DNA of 62,502 nucleotides, the filler included. It is 3 parts of 3 records of this genome, joined end to end, with 100 filler letters (N's around TTAATTAATTAA, not from the genome) between each part and the next. Parts side by side here need not be neighbours in the genome. Positions count along the whole stretch, not along the records: positions 22,482 to 47,640 come from SRR20825019_382; positions 47,741 to 62,502 come from SRR20825019_406; 1 more part is not named here. One strand, 5' to 3'. This document shows, piece after piece, positions 39,177 to 51,872 of the stretch. The position numbers and the translations under genes are program-made. Below the pieces are notes generated by a model. The model was given only the letters and a program-made list of their open reading frames with translations. It made no database searches and was not told where the DNA came from. Numbering within the stretch: the first letter of the stretch is position 1; each line of letters opens with the position of its first letter.

Positions 39177-39272
39177 TAATTTTTCCCCTTATCCTCATCA
39201 ACTGTGAAAGCATTCATAATCAACAAACAAGAATGGCTGAACAGTGATGAGGATATTTTTCTTCAGGCTGCT

Positions 39273-40106
39273 TTAGCCTTCTTGTGATGTTCTATCCCGA
39301 AGCCGTTTGATCACGCTGCCACTGTCGGGCCTGATTCCGCGCCAGATATGGAAAGCTTCCGCCGCCTGTTCTACCAGCATTCCCAGACCATCAAGTGATT
39401 GCGCGGCACTGTGTTGTCGGGCCCAGCTGATAAAAGCAGTGTCGGTATCGCTATACATCATGTCGTAGCAGGCTGCGCCATCAGCCAGCAGATCATCAGG
39501 CAGCGGTGGAACCTCACCCTGCAGACTCGCCGCTGTGGCATTAATTACGATATCGAATACAGGGCTAATCTGCTCAAAACCACCCGCCTTAATATTGCCC
39601 AAATCATGGAACAGATCGGCGAGGTCTTTCGCCTTGCTCGCGGTACGGTTAGCAACAAATAGTTCGGCCGGCTGATAACTGAGCAAGGGTTCGATGACCC
39701 CCCTGGCTGCCCCTCCGGCACCCAGTAATAGAATGCGTTTGCCTCTGAGCGTAATGCCGTGGTTATGAATCAGATCACGACACAGGCCGATACCGTCAGT
39801 ATTGTCACCATAGACGGAACCGTCATCACCAAAAACAAGCGTATTGATGGCACCGGCACGCTCAGCCCGCTCGGATTTATTTTTCACCAGCTGCCAGGCC
39901 TGTTCCTTGAACGGCACGGTGATGTTAATCCCTTTTAATTTAAGTACGTCACGCAGCTGCGACAGGCTGCTTTCCAGACCGTCAACCGGCACTTCAATGG
40001 CTGTGTACTCAATTTCCTGTCCGGTCTGTCTGGCAAACTCGCTGTGAATCAGGGGGGACTTGCTATGGCTGATAGGGTTGCCGATGACGGCATATTTGTC
40101 TGTCAT
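39273..40106 (-). CDS. aroE: Shikimate dehydrogenase
   Basis: GNPISHSKSP, NITVPFK, NTDG, GAGGAA, MLVEQAA. Confidence 0.96.
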   Translation of the reverse strand: MTDKYAVIGNPISHSKSPLIHSEFARQTGQEIEYTAIEVPVDGLESSLSQLRDVLKLKGINITVPFKEQAWQLVKNKSERAERAGAINTLVFGDDGSVYGDNTDGIGLCRDLIHNHGITLRGKRILLLGAGGAARGVIEPLLSYQPAELFVANRTASKAKDLADLFHDLGNIKAGGFEQISPVFDIVINATAASLQGEVPPLPDDLLADGAACYDMMYSDTDTAFISWARQHSAAQSLDGLGMLVEQAAEAFHIWRGIRPDSGSVIKRLRDRTSQEG

Positions 40107-40112
40107 AAAAAT

Positions 40113-41258
<1,146 letters not shown>

Positions 41259-41298
41259 TCATGTTTGCCCCATTATTTTTATCTGGTGGAGGTCTCCC

Positions 41299-42429
41299 TT
41301 GCGAACGAGTGCATTACTTGCTCTTGAAGACGGCACGGTTTATCACGGCGAATCGATTGGAGCCATTGGCCAGTCAGTCGGTGAAGTGGTGTTTAACACG
41401 GCTATGACTGGCTATCAGGAAATCCTGACCGATCCTTCCTATACTCGTCAAATTGTGACTTTGACCTATCCGCACATCGGCAACACCGGTGTCAATGCGG
41501 AAGATGAAGAGTCCGATCAGGTTTTTGCGAGTGGTTTGATCATCCGCGATTTGTCACCAGTGGTCAGCAGCTGGCGTAGTGAAGAATCTCTGGATGCCTA
41601 TCTGACCCGCCACAATGTGGTCGGTCTGGCCGGTATTGATACCCGTGCTCTGACCCGTCGGCTGCGTGAAAAAGGTGCAATGAACGCCTGTATCGTGGCC
41701 GGTGATGATATCGATGTGAATGCGGCTATAGCAGCAGCAAAATCCTTCGAAGGTCTCAAAGGCATGGACCTGGCGAAAGTCGTCAGCACCAAGGAGAGTT
41801 ACAGCTGGGACCAGGGCATCTGGCACCTGGACGGCGAATCAAAAGCGGCTGAACCACGTTTCCACGTAGTGGCCTATGATTACGGTGCCAAGAAAAACAT
41901 TCTGCGCATGCTGGTGGAGCGCGGCTGCAAACTGACCGTTGTACCGGCGCAAACGTCGGCCGAGGAGGTGCTGGCACTGAATCCGGATGGTGTTTTTCTG
42001 TCCAACGGCCCCGGCGACCCGGAACCCTGTGATTACGCAATTAAAGCGATTCAGACTTTGCTGGAAAAAGACCTGCCGATTTTCGGTATTTGTCTTGGTC
42101 ACCAGTTACTGGGTCTGGCCTGCGGTGCCAAATCGGTAAAAATGAAATTCGGTCACCATGGTGCTAACCATCCGGTACAGGAACTGCTGGCAGGGCTGGT
42201 GATGATTACCAGTCAGAACCACAGTTTTGCCATTGATGAAGACACGCTGCCGGATACCTTGACGGCGACCCATCGTTCTTTGTTCGACGGTACCTTGCAG
42301 GGGATTCATCACAGCACCAAACCGGCTTTCAGTTTCCAGGGTCACCCGGAAGCCAGTCCCGGCCCGCAAGACGCGGCGCCACTTTTTGATCACTTTATCG
42401 ATTTACTCGAACAAGCGACAGGTAAATAA
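41299..42429 (+). CDS. carA: Carbamoyl-phosphate synthase small subunit
   Basis: [33 protein letters not shown] start. Confidence 0.97.
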   Translation: MRTSALLALEDGTVYHGESIGAIGQSVGEVVFNTAMTGYQEILTDPSYTRQIVTLTYPHIGNTGVNAEDEESDQVFASGLIIRDLSPVVSSWRSEESLDAYLTRHNVVGLAGIDTRALTRRLREKGAMNACIVAGDDIDVNAAIAAAKSFEGLKGMDLAKVVSTKESYSWDQGIWHLDGESKAAEPRFHVVAYDYGAKKNILRMLVERGCKLTVVPAQTSAEEVLALNPDGVFLSNGPGDPEPCDYAIKAIQTLLEKDLPIFGICLGHQLLGLACGAKSVKMKFGHHGANHPVQELLAGLVMITSQNHSFAIDEDTLPDTLTATHRSLFDGTLQGIHHSTKPAFSFQGHPEASPGPQDAAPLFDHFIDLLEQATGK

Positions 42430-42435
42430 TTCACG

Positions 42436-45400
42436 ATGGCGAAACGTACTGATATTCAAAGTATTCTGATTCTGGGCGCAGGTCCGATTGTTATCGGCCA
42501 GGCCTGTGAATTCGATTATTCCGGTGCTCAGGCATGTAAAGCCCTCACAGAGGAAGGCTATCGTGTCATCCTGGTGAACTCGAACCCCGCCACCATTATG
42601 ACCGACCCCAATATGGCCGATGCGACTTATATCGAGCCCATCAACTGGCAGGCGGTTAAAAAGGTTATTGAAGCAGAACGTCCTGATGCGATTCTGCCCA
42701 CCATGGGCGGCCAGACCGCACTGAACTGTGCGCTGGACCTGGAGAAAAACGGCGTACTGGCCGAGTTCGGCGTTGAAATGATTGGCGCTGACAGCGAAGC
42801 CATTAATAAAGCGGAAGACCGTGACCTGTTCCGTGAAGCGATGCGTAAGATCGGTTTGGATATGCCGCAATCTGATATCGCTCACAGCCTGGAAGAGGCG
42901 CTTGAAGTTCAGGAAAAATTCGGCTTCCCGGTGATTATTCGTCCGTCCTTCACCATGGGCGGCAGCGGTGGCGGTATTGCCTACAACAAGCAGGACTTCG
43001 TTGAAATTTGTCAGCGTGGTCTTTACCTGAGCCCGACCCATGAACTGTTGATCGAAGAGTCGATCATCGGCTGGAAAGAATATGAAATGGAAGTGGTGCG
43101 CGACCGTAAGGATAACGCCATCATTATCTGTTCGATTGAAAATCTGGATCCGATGGGTGTGCATACCGGCGACTCCATTACCGTGGCACCGGCGCAGACC
43201 CTGACTGACAAGGAATATCAAATCATGCGTAACGCCTCGCTGGCGGTATTGCGTGAAATTGGTGTTGATACCGGCGGCTCCAACGTGCAGTTTGCGGTCA
43301 ACCCGGATACGGGTCGCCTGATCATTATCGAAATGAATCCACGGGTGTCTCGCTCTTCTGCTCTGGCGTCAAAAGCCACCGGTTTCCCGATTGCCAAGGT
43401 CGCTGCCAAGCTGGCAGTGGGTTACACGCTGGATGAACTGCAGAACGAAATTACCGGCAATGCCACACCGGCTTCGTTTGAGCCTTCAATTGACTACGTG
43501 GTCACCAAGGTGCCGCGCTTCACCTTTGAAAAATTCCCCCAGGCCGATAATCGTCTGAGTACGCAGATGAAATCAGTCGGTGAAGTCATGGCCATTGGCC
43601 GCAGCTTTCAGGAATCATTGCAGAAAGCCCTGCGTGGTCTGGAAATCGATCGTGACGGTCTCAATGAAATTCTGGACCTGACTGAAGAAGGCACCGAGGA
43701 AACCCTGCGCCGCGAACTGAGTCTGCCGGGTTCTGATCGTCTCTGGTATGTCGCCGACGCCTTGCGTTATGGCTTCAGTTTTGAGGAAGTGCAGCGTCTG
43801 ACCCATATCGATCCCTGGTTCCTGGTTCAGATCCAGGAAATTGTGGAGATTGAAAACAGCCTGAAAGAACGCTCGCTCAATGATCTGGATCAGAACGAGA
43901 TGTTCCGCCTTAAACGTAAAGGTTTTGCCGACTCGCGTCTGGCCAAACTGTTGCAGAAAACCGAGAAGCAGGTGCGTGAATACCGTCAGGAAATGCAGGT
44001 GCGCCCGGTCTACAAACGCGTTGATACCTGTGCTGCCGAGTTTGCCACCACAACGGCTTACATGTACTCAAGCTATGATATTGAATGCGAGGCCAACCCG
44101 AGCGATCGTGACAAAATCATGATTCTGGGTGGTGGTCCTAACCGTATCGGCCAGGGTATCGAGTTCGACTACTGCTGCGTGCATGCAGCACTGGCGCTGC
44201 GTGAAGACGGTTTTGAGACCATCATGGTTAACTGTAACCCGGAAACGGTTTCCACCGACTATGACACCTCCGATCGTCTCTACTTTGAATCATTGACGCT
44301 GGAAGATGTACTGGAAATCGTTGATCTGGAAAAACCTAAAGGCGTCATCGTGCAGTTTGGTGGTCAGACACCGTTGAAACTGGCGCGCGCGCTGGAAGCT
44401 GCTGGCGTGCCGATTATCGGTACCTCGCCGGATGCCATCGACCACGCGGAAGACCGCGAACGCTTCCAGCAAATGGTTAACAAACTGGGGCTGCTGCAGC
44501 CACCAAACCGTCTGGCCCACTCGGTCGACAATGCCGTTAACCTGGCTGCTGAAATCGGTTACCCGCTGGTGGTGCGCCCGTCCTATGTGCTGGGTGGCCG
44601 TGCCATGGAAATCGTTTATAACGAGGATGAACTGCAGCGCTATATGCAGAACGCGGTAAAAGTCTCCAATGACTCACCGGTGTTGCTGGATCGCTTCCTG
44701 GATGATGCGATTGAGGTGGATGTCGATGCCATTTGCGACGGTAAAGACGTCCTGATTGGCGGCATCATGGAACATATCGAACAGGCCGGTGTGCACTCCG
44801 GTGACTCCGCCTGTGCGATTCCGCCATACAGTTTGAGCAATGCGGTTCAGGATCAGATGCGTGAACAGGTGCGTCAGATGGCTTTGGAACTTGGCGTTAA
44901 AGGGTTGATGAACACCCAGTTCGCTATCAAGGGTGAAGAGATTTTTATCCTGGAAGTGAATCCGCGTGCATCGCGTACCGTGCCTTATGTTTCCAAGTCT
45001 ATTGGTGTGCCGCTGGCGAAAGTCGCTGCCCGCGCCATGGCCGGCCGGAGTCTGGTTGATCAGGATGTGACCAAGGAAGTGATTCCGAGTTACTACTCGG
45101 TCAAAGAAGCAGTGTTCCCGTTCATCAAGTTCCAGAATGTGGACCCGATTCTGGGGCCGGAAATGAAGTCCACCGGTGAAGTCATGGGGGTCGGTCGTAC
45201 CTTTGGTGAAGCTTTTGCCAAATCACAACTGGCGGCATCAGTCACGCTGCCGACAGGGGGCACTGCTTTCATTAGTGTGCGAGAGGCTGATAAGGTAGCC
45301 GTGGTGCAAATCGCCAAAGACTTGGCGGCACTGGGCTTCTCGTTGCTCGCGACCCGCGGCACACAAAAAGTACTGGTTGAAGCCGGTGTTGAATGTGAGC

Positions 45401-45654
45401 CGGTCAACAAAGTGGCTGAAGGTCAGCCGCATATTGTTGATATGATCAAAAACGACGAAATCAATCTCATCGTCAATACTACCGAAGGACGTCAATCCGT
45501 TGCCGATTCGCGGGAGATTCGTCGTGCTGCATTACACCATCAGGTGAATTACACCACTACGCTGGCGGCGGCGCGTGCGACAGTGCAAGCCCTTAATAGT
45601 GAAGACATTGTTTCTGTGAACAGACTGCAATCTTTGCATGGAGAGTTAAATTAA
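42436..45654 (+). CDS. carB: Carbamoyl-phosphate synthase large subunit
   Basis: [17 protein letters not shown], duplicated ATP-grasp domains, MGS domain. Confidence 0.99.
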   Translation: MAKRTDIQSILILGAGPIVIGQACEFDYSGAQACKALTEEGYRVILVNSNPATIMTDPNMADATYIEPINWQAVKKVIEAERPDAILPTMGGQTALNCALDLEKNGVLAEFGVEMIGADSEAINKAEDRDLFREAMRKIGLDMPQSDIAHSLEEALEVQEKFGFPVIIRPSFTMGGSGGGIAYNKQDFVEICQRGLYLSPTHELLIEESIIGWKEYEMEVVRDRKDNAIIICSIENLDPMGVHTGDSITVAPAQTLTDKEYQIMRNASLAVLREIGVDTGGSNVQFAVNPDTGRLIIIEMNPRVSRSSALASKATGFPIAKVAAKLAVGYTLDELQNEITGNATPASFEPSIDYVVTKVPRFTFEKFPQADNRLSTQMKSVGEVMAIGRSFQESLQKALRGLEIDRDGLNEILDLTEEGTEETLRRELSLPGSDRLWYVADALRYGFSFEEVQRLTHIDPWFLVQIQEIVEIENSLKERSLNDLDQNEMFRLKRKGFADSRLAKLLQKTEKQVREYRQEMQVRPVYKRVDTCAAEFATTTAYMYSSYDIECEANPSDRDKIMILGGGPNRIGQGIEFDYCCVHAALALREDGFETIMVNCNPETVSTDYDTSDRLYFESLTLEDVLEIVDLEKPKGVIVQFGGQTPLKLARALEAAGVPIIGTSPDAIDHAEDRERFQQMVNKLGLLQPPNRLAHSVDNAVNLAAEIGYPLVVRPSYVLGGRAMEIVYNEDELQRYMQNAVKVSNDSPVLLDRFLDDAIEVDVDAICDGKDVLIGGIMEHIEQAGVHSGDSACAIPPYSLSNAVQDQMREQVRQMALELGVKGLMNTQFAIKGEEIFILEVNPRASRTVPYVSKSIGVPLAKVAARAMAGRSLVDQDVTKEVIPSYYSVKEAVFPFIKFQNVDPILGPEMKSTGEVMGVGRTFGEAFAKSQLAASVTLPTGGTAFISVREADKVAVVQIAKDLAALGFSLLATRGTQKVLVEAGVECEPVNKVAEGQPHIVDMIKNDEINLIVNTTEGRQSVADSREIRRAALHHQVNYTTTLAAARATVQALNSEDIVSVNRLQSLHGELN

Positions 45655-46130
45655 TGGCAGTACCAATTACCACGCGCGGTGCAGATGCACTGAAAGATGA
45701 ACTGAAACAACTGAAAACGGTAGCCCGACCTCAGGTCGTGGCCGCGATCGCGGAAGCACGTGAGCACGGCGATCTGAAAGAAAACGCCGAATATCACGCT
45801 GCCCGGGAGCAGCAAAGCTTTATCGAAGGCCGGATTCAGGAACTGGAGGGCACTCTGTCACAATCACAGATCATTGATCCGGCCTCATTGCCACAGGATG
45901 GCCGTGTGGTTTTCGGCGTGACTGTGACGCTGCTCAATATCGATACCGACGCTGAAGTGAAGTATCAAATCGTGGGTGACTATGAGTCCGATATTAAACT
46001 GAACCGTATTTCTGTTTCTTCACCTATTGCCCGTGCGCTGATCGGTAAGGAAATCGATGATGTGGTGACGGTACAGGCACCCAGTGGCAATATTGACTAT
46101 GAAATTATCGATATCAGCTATGAGAGCTGA
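45654..46130 (+). CDS. greA: Transcription elongation factor GreA
   Basis: [23 protein letters not shown]. Confidence 0.97.
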   Translation: MAVPITTRGADALKDELKQLKTVARPQVVAAIAEAREHGDLKENAEYHAAREQQSFIEGRIQELEGTLSQSQIIDPASLPQDGRVVFGVTVTLLNIDTDAEVKYQIVGDYESDIKLNRISVSSPIARALIGKEIDDVVTVQAPSGNIDYEIIDISYES

Positions 46131-46138
46131 GCGTTAGA

Positions 46139-46600
46139 ATGCTGTCAGGCTATACTGGTGAACGCTTACTACTCACCCTGTGGGTAGGCAGTCTCTGGGC
46201 AATCGGTTATCTGGCTGTGCCCATGGCCTTCGCTAATCTGGAACTGCATATTGCCGGCAATTATGCCGGCAAACTATTTTATGCGGTTAATATTATCGGT
46301 GTGGTGTCAGCCACCATTTTGTTGGTCAGCCGCCTGTTCATTTTCGGTGTCCGTGCATTTCCCCGTTACTGGCGAAGTTGGCTGATATTGTTGATGTTGC
46401 TGGTCAGCCTCGCTTTTGTTGGCTTTATTCAGCCCGAAATGCAGGCACTCAAACAACTGGGACTGGAACAGGGTAATCACATCGAGCGATTCAACGAGTT
46501 GCACAAACTGAGCGAAAATCTTTATTTGCTGTTGAGTCTGTTTGGGTTAATGTTGGTACTGACTACTGACAAACGCGCTGAAGCGGCTAACGAGGCCTGA
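46139..46600 (+). CDS. DUF4149-like membrane protein
   Basis: LWVGSLWAIGYLAVP, AG.LF, F..LH; four TM helices. Confidence 0.75.
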   Translation: MLSGYTGERLLLTLWVGSLWAIGYLAVPMAFANLELHIAGNYAGKLFYAVNIIGVVSATILLVSRLFIFGVRAFPRYWRSWLILLMLLVSLAFVGFIQPEMQALKQLGLEQGNHIERFNELHKLSENLYLLLSLFGLMLVLTTDKRAEAANEA

Positions 46601-46603
46601 GTT

Positions 46604-47221
46604 ATGGCCAGAAGTAAATCCAGTCAAGGCTGGCTCAAAGAACACTTTGATGACCAGTATGTTAAGAAAGCCCAGCAGGCAGGGTATCGTTCGCGTGCGA
46701 CTTTCAAACTGGAAGAAATCGATCACAAAGACAAACTGCTCAAACCAGGCATGAGCGTGGTGGATCTGGGTGCGGCGCCCGGAGGCTGGTCAGATTACGC
46801 ACTGGACAAAGTCGGTGATAAAGGTACGGTGGTGGCACTCGACATTCTGGAGATGACACCGCTGACCGGTGTCCACTTTATTCAGGGTGATTTTCGTGAA
46901 GATGCCGTGCTGGATGAACTCAACAATGTGCTTGATGGTCGACAGATAGACCTTGTTTTATCGGATATGGCCCCCAATATGACAGGTGTAGGATCAATTG
47001 ATCAGCCGTCGAGCATGCATCTGGTGGAACTGGCACTGGATTTTGCCGTCACCAATCTGAGCAAACAGGGCAGTTTTCTGGTCAAAGTATTTCAGGGTGA
47101 AGGCTTTGATGAATTTCTTAAGGCCATGCGGGACAGTTTCAATAAAGTCGTCACCCGCAAGCCAGATGCGTCCAGGGCCAGGAGTCGTGAAGTCTACCTG
47201 CTTGGTCGCGGTCTTAAATAG
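46604..47221 (+). CDS. rlmE: 23S rRNA Um2552 methyltransferase
   Basis: [31 protein letters not shown]; upstream of ftsH. Confidence 0.97.
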   Translation: MARSKSSQGWLKEHFDDQYVKKAQQAGYRSRATFKLEEIDHKDKLLKPGMSVVDLGAAPGGWSDYALDKVGDKGTVVALDILEMTPLTGVHFIQGDFREDAVLDELNNVLDGRQIDLVLSDMAPNMTGVGSIDQPSSMHLVELALDFAVTNLSKQGSFLVKVFQGEGFDEFLKAMRDSFNKVVTRKPDASRARSREVYLLGRGLK

Positions 47222-47250
47222 CGTTTAATGGTAACCAGAGGTACCAAACA

Positions 47251-47640
47251 TTGAATGACATGATGAAAAATATTGTTTTGTGGGTCGTCATCGCCATTGT
47301 GCTGATGTCGGTGTTTAATAATTTTGGCCCGCAAAGCAGTTCGTCAAACGAAATGGATTACTCGACCTTTATCAGCAACGTTAAGAACGGGGCTGTCTCC
47401 AGCGTGGATATCCAAGGTCGGGAAATTCAGGGTAAGCTGACCGATGGCAGCCAGTTCACCACCTATAGCCCGGACTATGATCCTGGTCTTATCGGCGATT
47501 TGCTGGATAACGGTGTCAGCATTCAGGCCGAACCGGTCGAAAAAACCAGTCTGCTGATGCAGATCTTTATCTCCTGGTTCCCGATGCTGCTACTGATCGC
47601 TGTGTGGATTTTCTTCATGCGCCAGATGCAGGGCGGTGGC
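47251..47640 (+). CDS. ftsH: ATP-dependent zinc metalloprotease FtsH, N-terminal part (contig end)
   Basis: MNDMMKNIVLWVVIA...ISWFPMLLLIAVWIFFMRQMQGGG. Confidence 0.95.
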
Positions 47641-47740
47641 NNNNNNNNNNNNNNNNNNNNNNNNNNNNNNNNNNNNNNNNNNNNTTAATTAATTAANNNN
47701 NNNNNNNNNNNNNNNNNNNNNNNNNNNNNNNNNNNNNNNN
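47641..47740. other. Artificial contig spacer
   Basis: N-run, TTAATTAATTAA, N-run. Confidence 0.99.
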
Positions 47741-47741
47741 C

Positions 47742-48179
47742 CCGTTCTTTGGCACCGGCACCACCGGCGCCGTGGCCAAGATGCTGGGCCGCGAATTTAT
47801 CGGGATCGAGCGCGAAGAGGCGTACCGCAAGGTCGCCGCAAAACGCATTGCGTCCGTGCGCAAGTTCGACCGCGAGGCGCTGGCGGTCAGCACCTCGAAA
47901 CGCGCCGAGCCGCGCGTGCCCTTCGGCCAGCTGGTCGAACGTGGGATGCTGCGTCCGGGTGAACAGCTGTATTCGATGAACAACCGTCACAAGGCCAAGG
48001 TCCGTGCCGATGGCACGCTGATCGGTGACGACGTCAAGGGGTCGATCCATCAGGTCGGTGCCCATCTGGAAGGCGCACCCAGCTGCAACGGCTGGACCTA
48101 CTGGTGCTTCAAGCGCGAGGGCAAGACCGTGCCCATCGACGTGTTGCGCCAGCAGATCCGGTCGGAAATGCACGACTGA
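47742..48179 (+). CDS. ccrM: Cell-cycle adenine methyltransferase CcrM, C-terminal part
   Basis: PFFGTGTTGAVAK...IGIERE, RVPFGQLVE, GSIHQVGA, CNGWTYW. Confidence 0.93.
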   Translation, partial: PFFGTGTTGAVAKMLGREFIGIEREEAYRKVAAKRIASVRKFDREALAVSTSKRAEPRVPFGQLVERGMLRPGEQLYSMNNRHKAKVRADGTLIGDDVKGSIHQVGAHLEGAPSCNGWTYWCFKREGKTVPIDVLRQQIRSEMHD

Positions 48180-48273
48180 TCCCTGCGGGGTCGCTTCACT
48201 ACAGTTTTACCAACACCGCTGGTGCCCCCGCGACTTTCACCCATTGTCGCAATCACATGGGGCACTCACCTAT

Positions 48274-48300
48274 GCCCCGCCTTTATGGCGGGGCTTTTTT
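48274..48300 (+). terminator. Intrinsic terminator
   Basis: GCCCCGCC-TTTAT-GGCGGGGC-TTTTTT. Confidence 0.88.
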
Positions 48301-48317
48301 CGTTTCCGGATAGGGGA

Positions 48318-49466
48318 TTAGCGCGGGCGCGGGTTGGTCGCCTTGTTGTAGGCGGTCCAGTCCGTGATCTCGGGGTAATACATGTCCCGCCACGCCCGCA
48401 CGCGCGGGTGCATGATGCGCTTCCAGACACGCGGCAGCATCGCGGCCATAGTCATCACCGGATAGCCATAGGGCAGTTGCGGCGCGTCGGCCTCGGTGTG
48501 GTTTTGCAGTACGGGAAAGCGGCGGTCGGGTTTGTAATGGTGATCCGAATGCCGTTGCAGGTTGATCAGCAGCCAGTTCGACGCGCGGTGGGTCGCGTTC
48601 CACGAATGGCGCGGGTGGACGTGTTCGTATTTGCCGTCCCCCAGATGTTTGCGCGTCAGCCCGTAGTGTTCGATGTAATTGACCAGCTCAAGCTGCCAGA
48701 TCGCGACACCCGCCTGCATCAGGAACAGCCCCAGCCCCGCCCAGCCGCCAAGGGCAAAGGCCAGCACCAGAAAGGTGCCTTGCAGATACCAGTACTTGAA
48801 AAACGGGTTCGACATATCGCTCCACGGCAGGTCCTTGCGGGCCAGCATGTCCTTTTCGGCGTTCCACGCGCTGATCAGCGATTCCTTCAGCACGCGGGGG
48901 TAAAACCGGTAAAAGTTTTCGCCCATGCGCGCGGTGACCGTGTCGCGCGGGGTCCCGACATAGCGGTGGTGCACCAGCATGTGCTCGGACCGGAAATGCG
49001 AATACAGAACCATCGCCAGCAGCACGTCGGCACACCAGCGTTCCAGCTTTGACCGCTGGTGCATCAGCTCATGGGCATAGTTGATGCCCACGGTGCCGGT
49101 CACGGCGCCGACGCCAAAGAACAGCACCAGCTTTTCCAGCACGCCCAGATGGTCGGCGGGGGCCACGTACCAGATCAGCGCAAACAGGTTGATGAATTGC
49201 AGCGGTGCCCAGGCGATGGTGATGGCGCGGTACCAGAACAGATCGTCGTCGTCGGTGTCTGGGTCCGCGTTGTCGGGGTCCAGCCCCACGGCAAAATCCA
49301 GCGCCACGAACAGATACCACGTGAACAGCGGCAGCAGGATCACGGTCCAGCCGCCGGTCACGGCAGAGGCCCAGGCCAGCGGAAGCAGCAGCACCGACAG
49401 CGCATAGGGCGCGGCGCGGGTCAGCTTGGCCATGTCAGCGGCGGGGACGTAGGGCGATGATGTCAT
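48318..49466 (-). CDS. alkB: Alkane 1-monooxygenase (membrane di-iron)
   Basis: His boxes HELMH, EHMLVHH, NYIEHYG, LQRHSDHH. Confidence 0.93.
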   Translation of the reverse strand: MTSSPYVPAADMAKLTRAAPYALSVLLLPLAWASAVTGGWTVILLPLFTWYLFVALDFAVGLDPDNADPDTDDDDLFWYRAITIAWAPLQFINLFALIWYVAPADHLGVLEKLVLFFGVGAVTGTVGINYAHELMHQRSKLERWCADVLLAMVLYSHFRSEHMLVHHRYVGTPRDTVTARMGENFYRFYPRVLKESLISAWNAEKDMLARKDLPWSDMSNPFFKYWYLQGTFLVLAFALGGWAGLGLFLMQAGVAIWQLELVNYIEHYGLTRKHLGDGKYEHVHPRHSWNATHRASNWLLINLQRHSDHHYKPDRRFPVLQNHTEADAPQLPYGYPVMTMAAMLPRVWKRIMHPRVRAWRDMYYPEITDWTAYNKATNPRPR

Positions 49467-49534
49467 GATACACACTCGGCTGGGCGGTTGATTGTCTCGA
49501 ATATAGCGCAGCGTGCTTATGAACCAAAGGGTGC

Positions 49535-50578
49535 TTAATGCCGCGTCAGGTCAAAGGCCTTGCGCATCACGGTGGGCAGGTCCGAGGGGCCGAACTCGGC
49601 CTGGGTCAGAAAACGTCCCGTGTCGGGTTCCGCATCGGTTTCGGCCAGCATCACGGTCAGGATCAGGTGGAAATGGGTAAAGGTATGGCGCACCTCGCCT
49701 TGCAGAACAGTCCAGTCGGTTTTGACTGGCGGCGTGCCTGCGGGACGATCAAGGCTGACATCCACCCAATCCGATCCGGGCCAGCCCAGCATCCCGCCCA
49801 ACAGGCCTCGGTCGGGGCGGCGTTCCAGCAGATAGGCGCCATCAGGGCGGCGCGCGACATAGACGGTGCCGTGACGCACCGGCTTGGCCTTTTTCGGGGT
49901 CTTCTTGGGCAGTTCGGGCGCGGTGCCGCGCTGGCGGGCCAGGCAGGGTGTGCGCCAGGGGCAAATGCCGCAGGCGGGCGATTTCGGCGTGCAGATGGTG
50001 GCACCCAGATCCATCACCGCCTGAGCATAGTCACCGGGTCGCTCCACGGGCGTCAGCGCCTCGGCGTGGGCCATCAGGATCGGTTTGGCGGCAGGCAGGG
50101 CCGTGTGTTCGTCGTAGATTCGGGCCATCACGCGCTCGACGTTGCCGTCCAGCACTGCATGAGGCAGGTCAAAGGCGATCGAGGATATGGCGGCGGCAGT
50201 ATAGGGACCGATGCCCGGCAAGGCCAAGAGCGCCGCGTGATCGGCGGGAAACCGGCCACCATGCTGGGCCACCACGGCACGGGCGCATTTCAACAGGTTG
50301 CGGGCGCGGGCGTAATAGCCCAGCCCCGCCCATTCGGCCATCACGTCGCCGTCTTCGGCGGCGGCCAGATCGGCAACCGTGGGCCAACGTGTTGTGAAAC
50401 GGGTGAAATAATCCTTTACCGCGGCAACGGTGGTCTGTTGCAACATCACCTCGGACAGCCAGACCGCATAGGGATTGGGGCGTGTGCCCGCACGTTTGTC
50501 GGCGGGCGGCGTGCGCCATGGCATCACGCGGGCATGGACATCGTACCAGTCCAGCAGGTCTTTGGCGCGTTCACGCAA
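49535..50578 (-). CDS. mutY: A/G-specific adenine glycosylase
   Basis: SEVMLQQT, WAGLGYYARARNL, LPGIGPYTA, DGNVER, C..P.C..CP....C cluster. Confidence 0.97.
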   Translation of the reverse strand: MRERAKDLLDWYDVHARVMPWRTPPADKRAGTRPNPYAVWLSEVMLQQTTVAAVKDYFTRFTTRWPTVADLAAAEDGDVMAEWAGLGYYARARNLLKCARAVVAQHGGRFPADHAALLALPGIGPYTAAAISSIAFDLPHAVLDGNVERVMARIYDEHTALPAAKPILMAHAEALTPVERPGDYAQAVMDLGATICTPKSPACGICPWRTPCLARQRGTAPELPKKTPKKAKPVRHGTVYVARRPDGAYLLERRPDRGLLGGMLGWPGSDWVDVSLDRPAGTPPVKTDWTVLQGEVRHTFTHFHLILTVMLAETDAEPDTGRFLTQAEFGPSDLPTVMRKAFDLTRH

Positions 50579-50663
50579 GATTTATGCCCTTCTCTGGCGG
50601 CTATGTCTGGCAGCGGGCGCGCAAACCTTTATGATCCGCACCAACCTTTGGGGGAACATAGTC

Positions 50664-51170
50664 ATGGCGCGGCGTCCTGCCACCACAAAAGGGTTCAAAC
50701 GAACCTCCAGCTTGCTCACGGGGCGCATTCGCACCGCAAGCGAAAGCCGTGGCTTCGCCCAATCGCGCCTTTTGACCCATTGGGCCGAGGTGGTCGGCGA
50801 CGACATTGCCGCCATCGCCCACCCGGTCGAGGTCAGCTATGCGCGCGGGGGAATGGGGGCGACGCTGACGCTTTTGACCACCGGCGCGCAGGCCCCGATG
50901 CTGGAAATGCAAAAGGAACAGCTGCGCACCAAGGTCAACAGCGTCTATGGCTATAACGCCATTGCCCGCATCCGCGTGACCCAAACCGCGCCCACCGGCT
51001 TTGCCGAGGGGCAGGTGGCCTTTGGCCATCGCAAAGCGGACGCGCCGAAAGAGATCGACCCCAGCCTGAAAGCCAGGGCCGTAGAGACAACCGCCCCCGT
51101 GGCCGATGAGGGCCTGCGGGCCGCATTGGAACGTCTGGGCACCAATGTACTGACAAAAGCAAAACGCTAA
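50664..51170 (+). CDS. DUF721/DciA-like protein
   Basis: RGFAQSRLLTHWAEVVG, VNSVYGYNAI; canonical mutY-DUF721-dsbA order in Alphaproteobacteria. Confidence 0.85.
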   Translation: MARRPATTKGFKRTSSLLTGRIRTASESRGFAQSRLLTHWAEVVGDDIAAIAHPVEVSYARGGMGATLTLLTTGAQAPMLEMQKEQLRTKVNSVYGYNAIARIRVTQTAPTGFAEGQVAFGHRKADAPKEIDPSLKARAVETTAPVADEGLRAALERLGTNVLTKAKR

Positions 51171-51182
51171 GAGGTAAGTTTC

Positions 51183-51872
51183 ATGAAAAGATTGATCGCA
51201 ATTCTGGCCGCCGTCGCGGTCGTCGCCGTTGCGGCATGGTTCGTTGTCGGCCGCACCGCGCAGACCGAATCTTCGGCCACGCCGCTGGCCGCGACTGTGA
51301 CCACACAGCCCGCCGAAGGCGAAAGCGCCATCGACATTTCGGACGTGGAGGAGATGCAGCAAGGCAACCCAGACGCGCCGGTCACCATGATCGAATATGC
51401 CAGCTATACCTGCCCGCACTGTGCTGCCTTTAACACAGGCCCCTACAAGCAGTTGAAAAAGGACTATATCGACACCGGCAAGATCAACTTTATCTACCGC
51501 GAAGTCTATTTCGATGGTCCCGGCGTGTGGGCGTCGCTGCTGGCGCGCTGTGCGGGTCCCGAAAAGTTCTTTGGCATCACCGACCTGCTTTATGCCAGCC
51601 AGTCCAACTGGGCCAACGCCGGTGGGCGTGATCCCGGGGCGATCTCGGCCGAGCTGAAAAAGATCGGGCGTCTGGCGGGCATGGACGGCGACAAGATCGA
51701 AGCCTGCATGCAGGACGACGATCAGGCCAAGAAAATGGTCGAATGGTTCAAGGTGAACAGCGCCAAAGACGACATCACCGGCACGCCCAGCTTTGTCATC
51801 AACGGCAAAACCTACAGCAACATGTCCTATGCCGACATGAAAGAGATCCTTGACGCGGCGGGTGCCAACTGA
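51183..51872 (+). CDS. DsbA-family thiol:disulfide oxidoreductase
   Basis: EYASYTCPHC, GTPSFVING. Confidence 0.93.
   Translation: MKRLIAILAAVAVVAVAAWFVVGRTAQTESSATPLAATVTTQPAEGESAIDISDVEEMQQGNPDAPVTMIEYASYTCPHCAAFNTGPYKQLKKDYIDTGKINFIYREVYFDGPGVWASLLARCAGPEKFFGITDLLYASQSNWANAGGRDPGAISAELKKIGRLAGMDGDKIEACMQDDDQAKKMVEWFKVNSAKDDITGTPSFVINGKTYSNMSYADMKEILDAAGAN

Noticed and set aside
39007-39207. 66-aa ORF after zapA
   Set aside because: It coincides with the 6S RNA.
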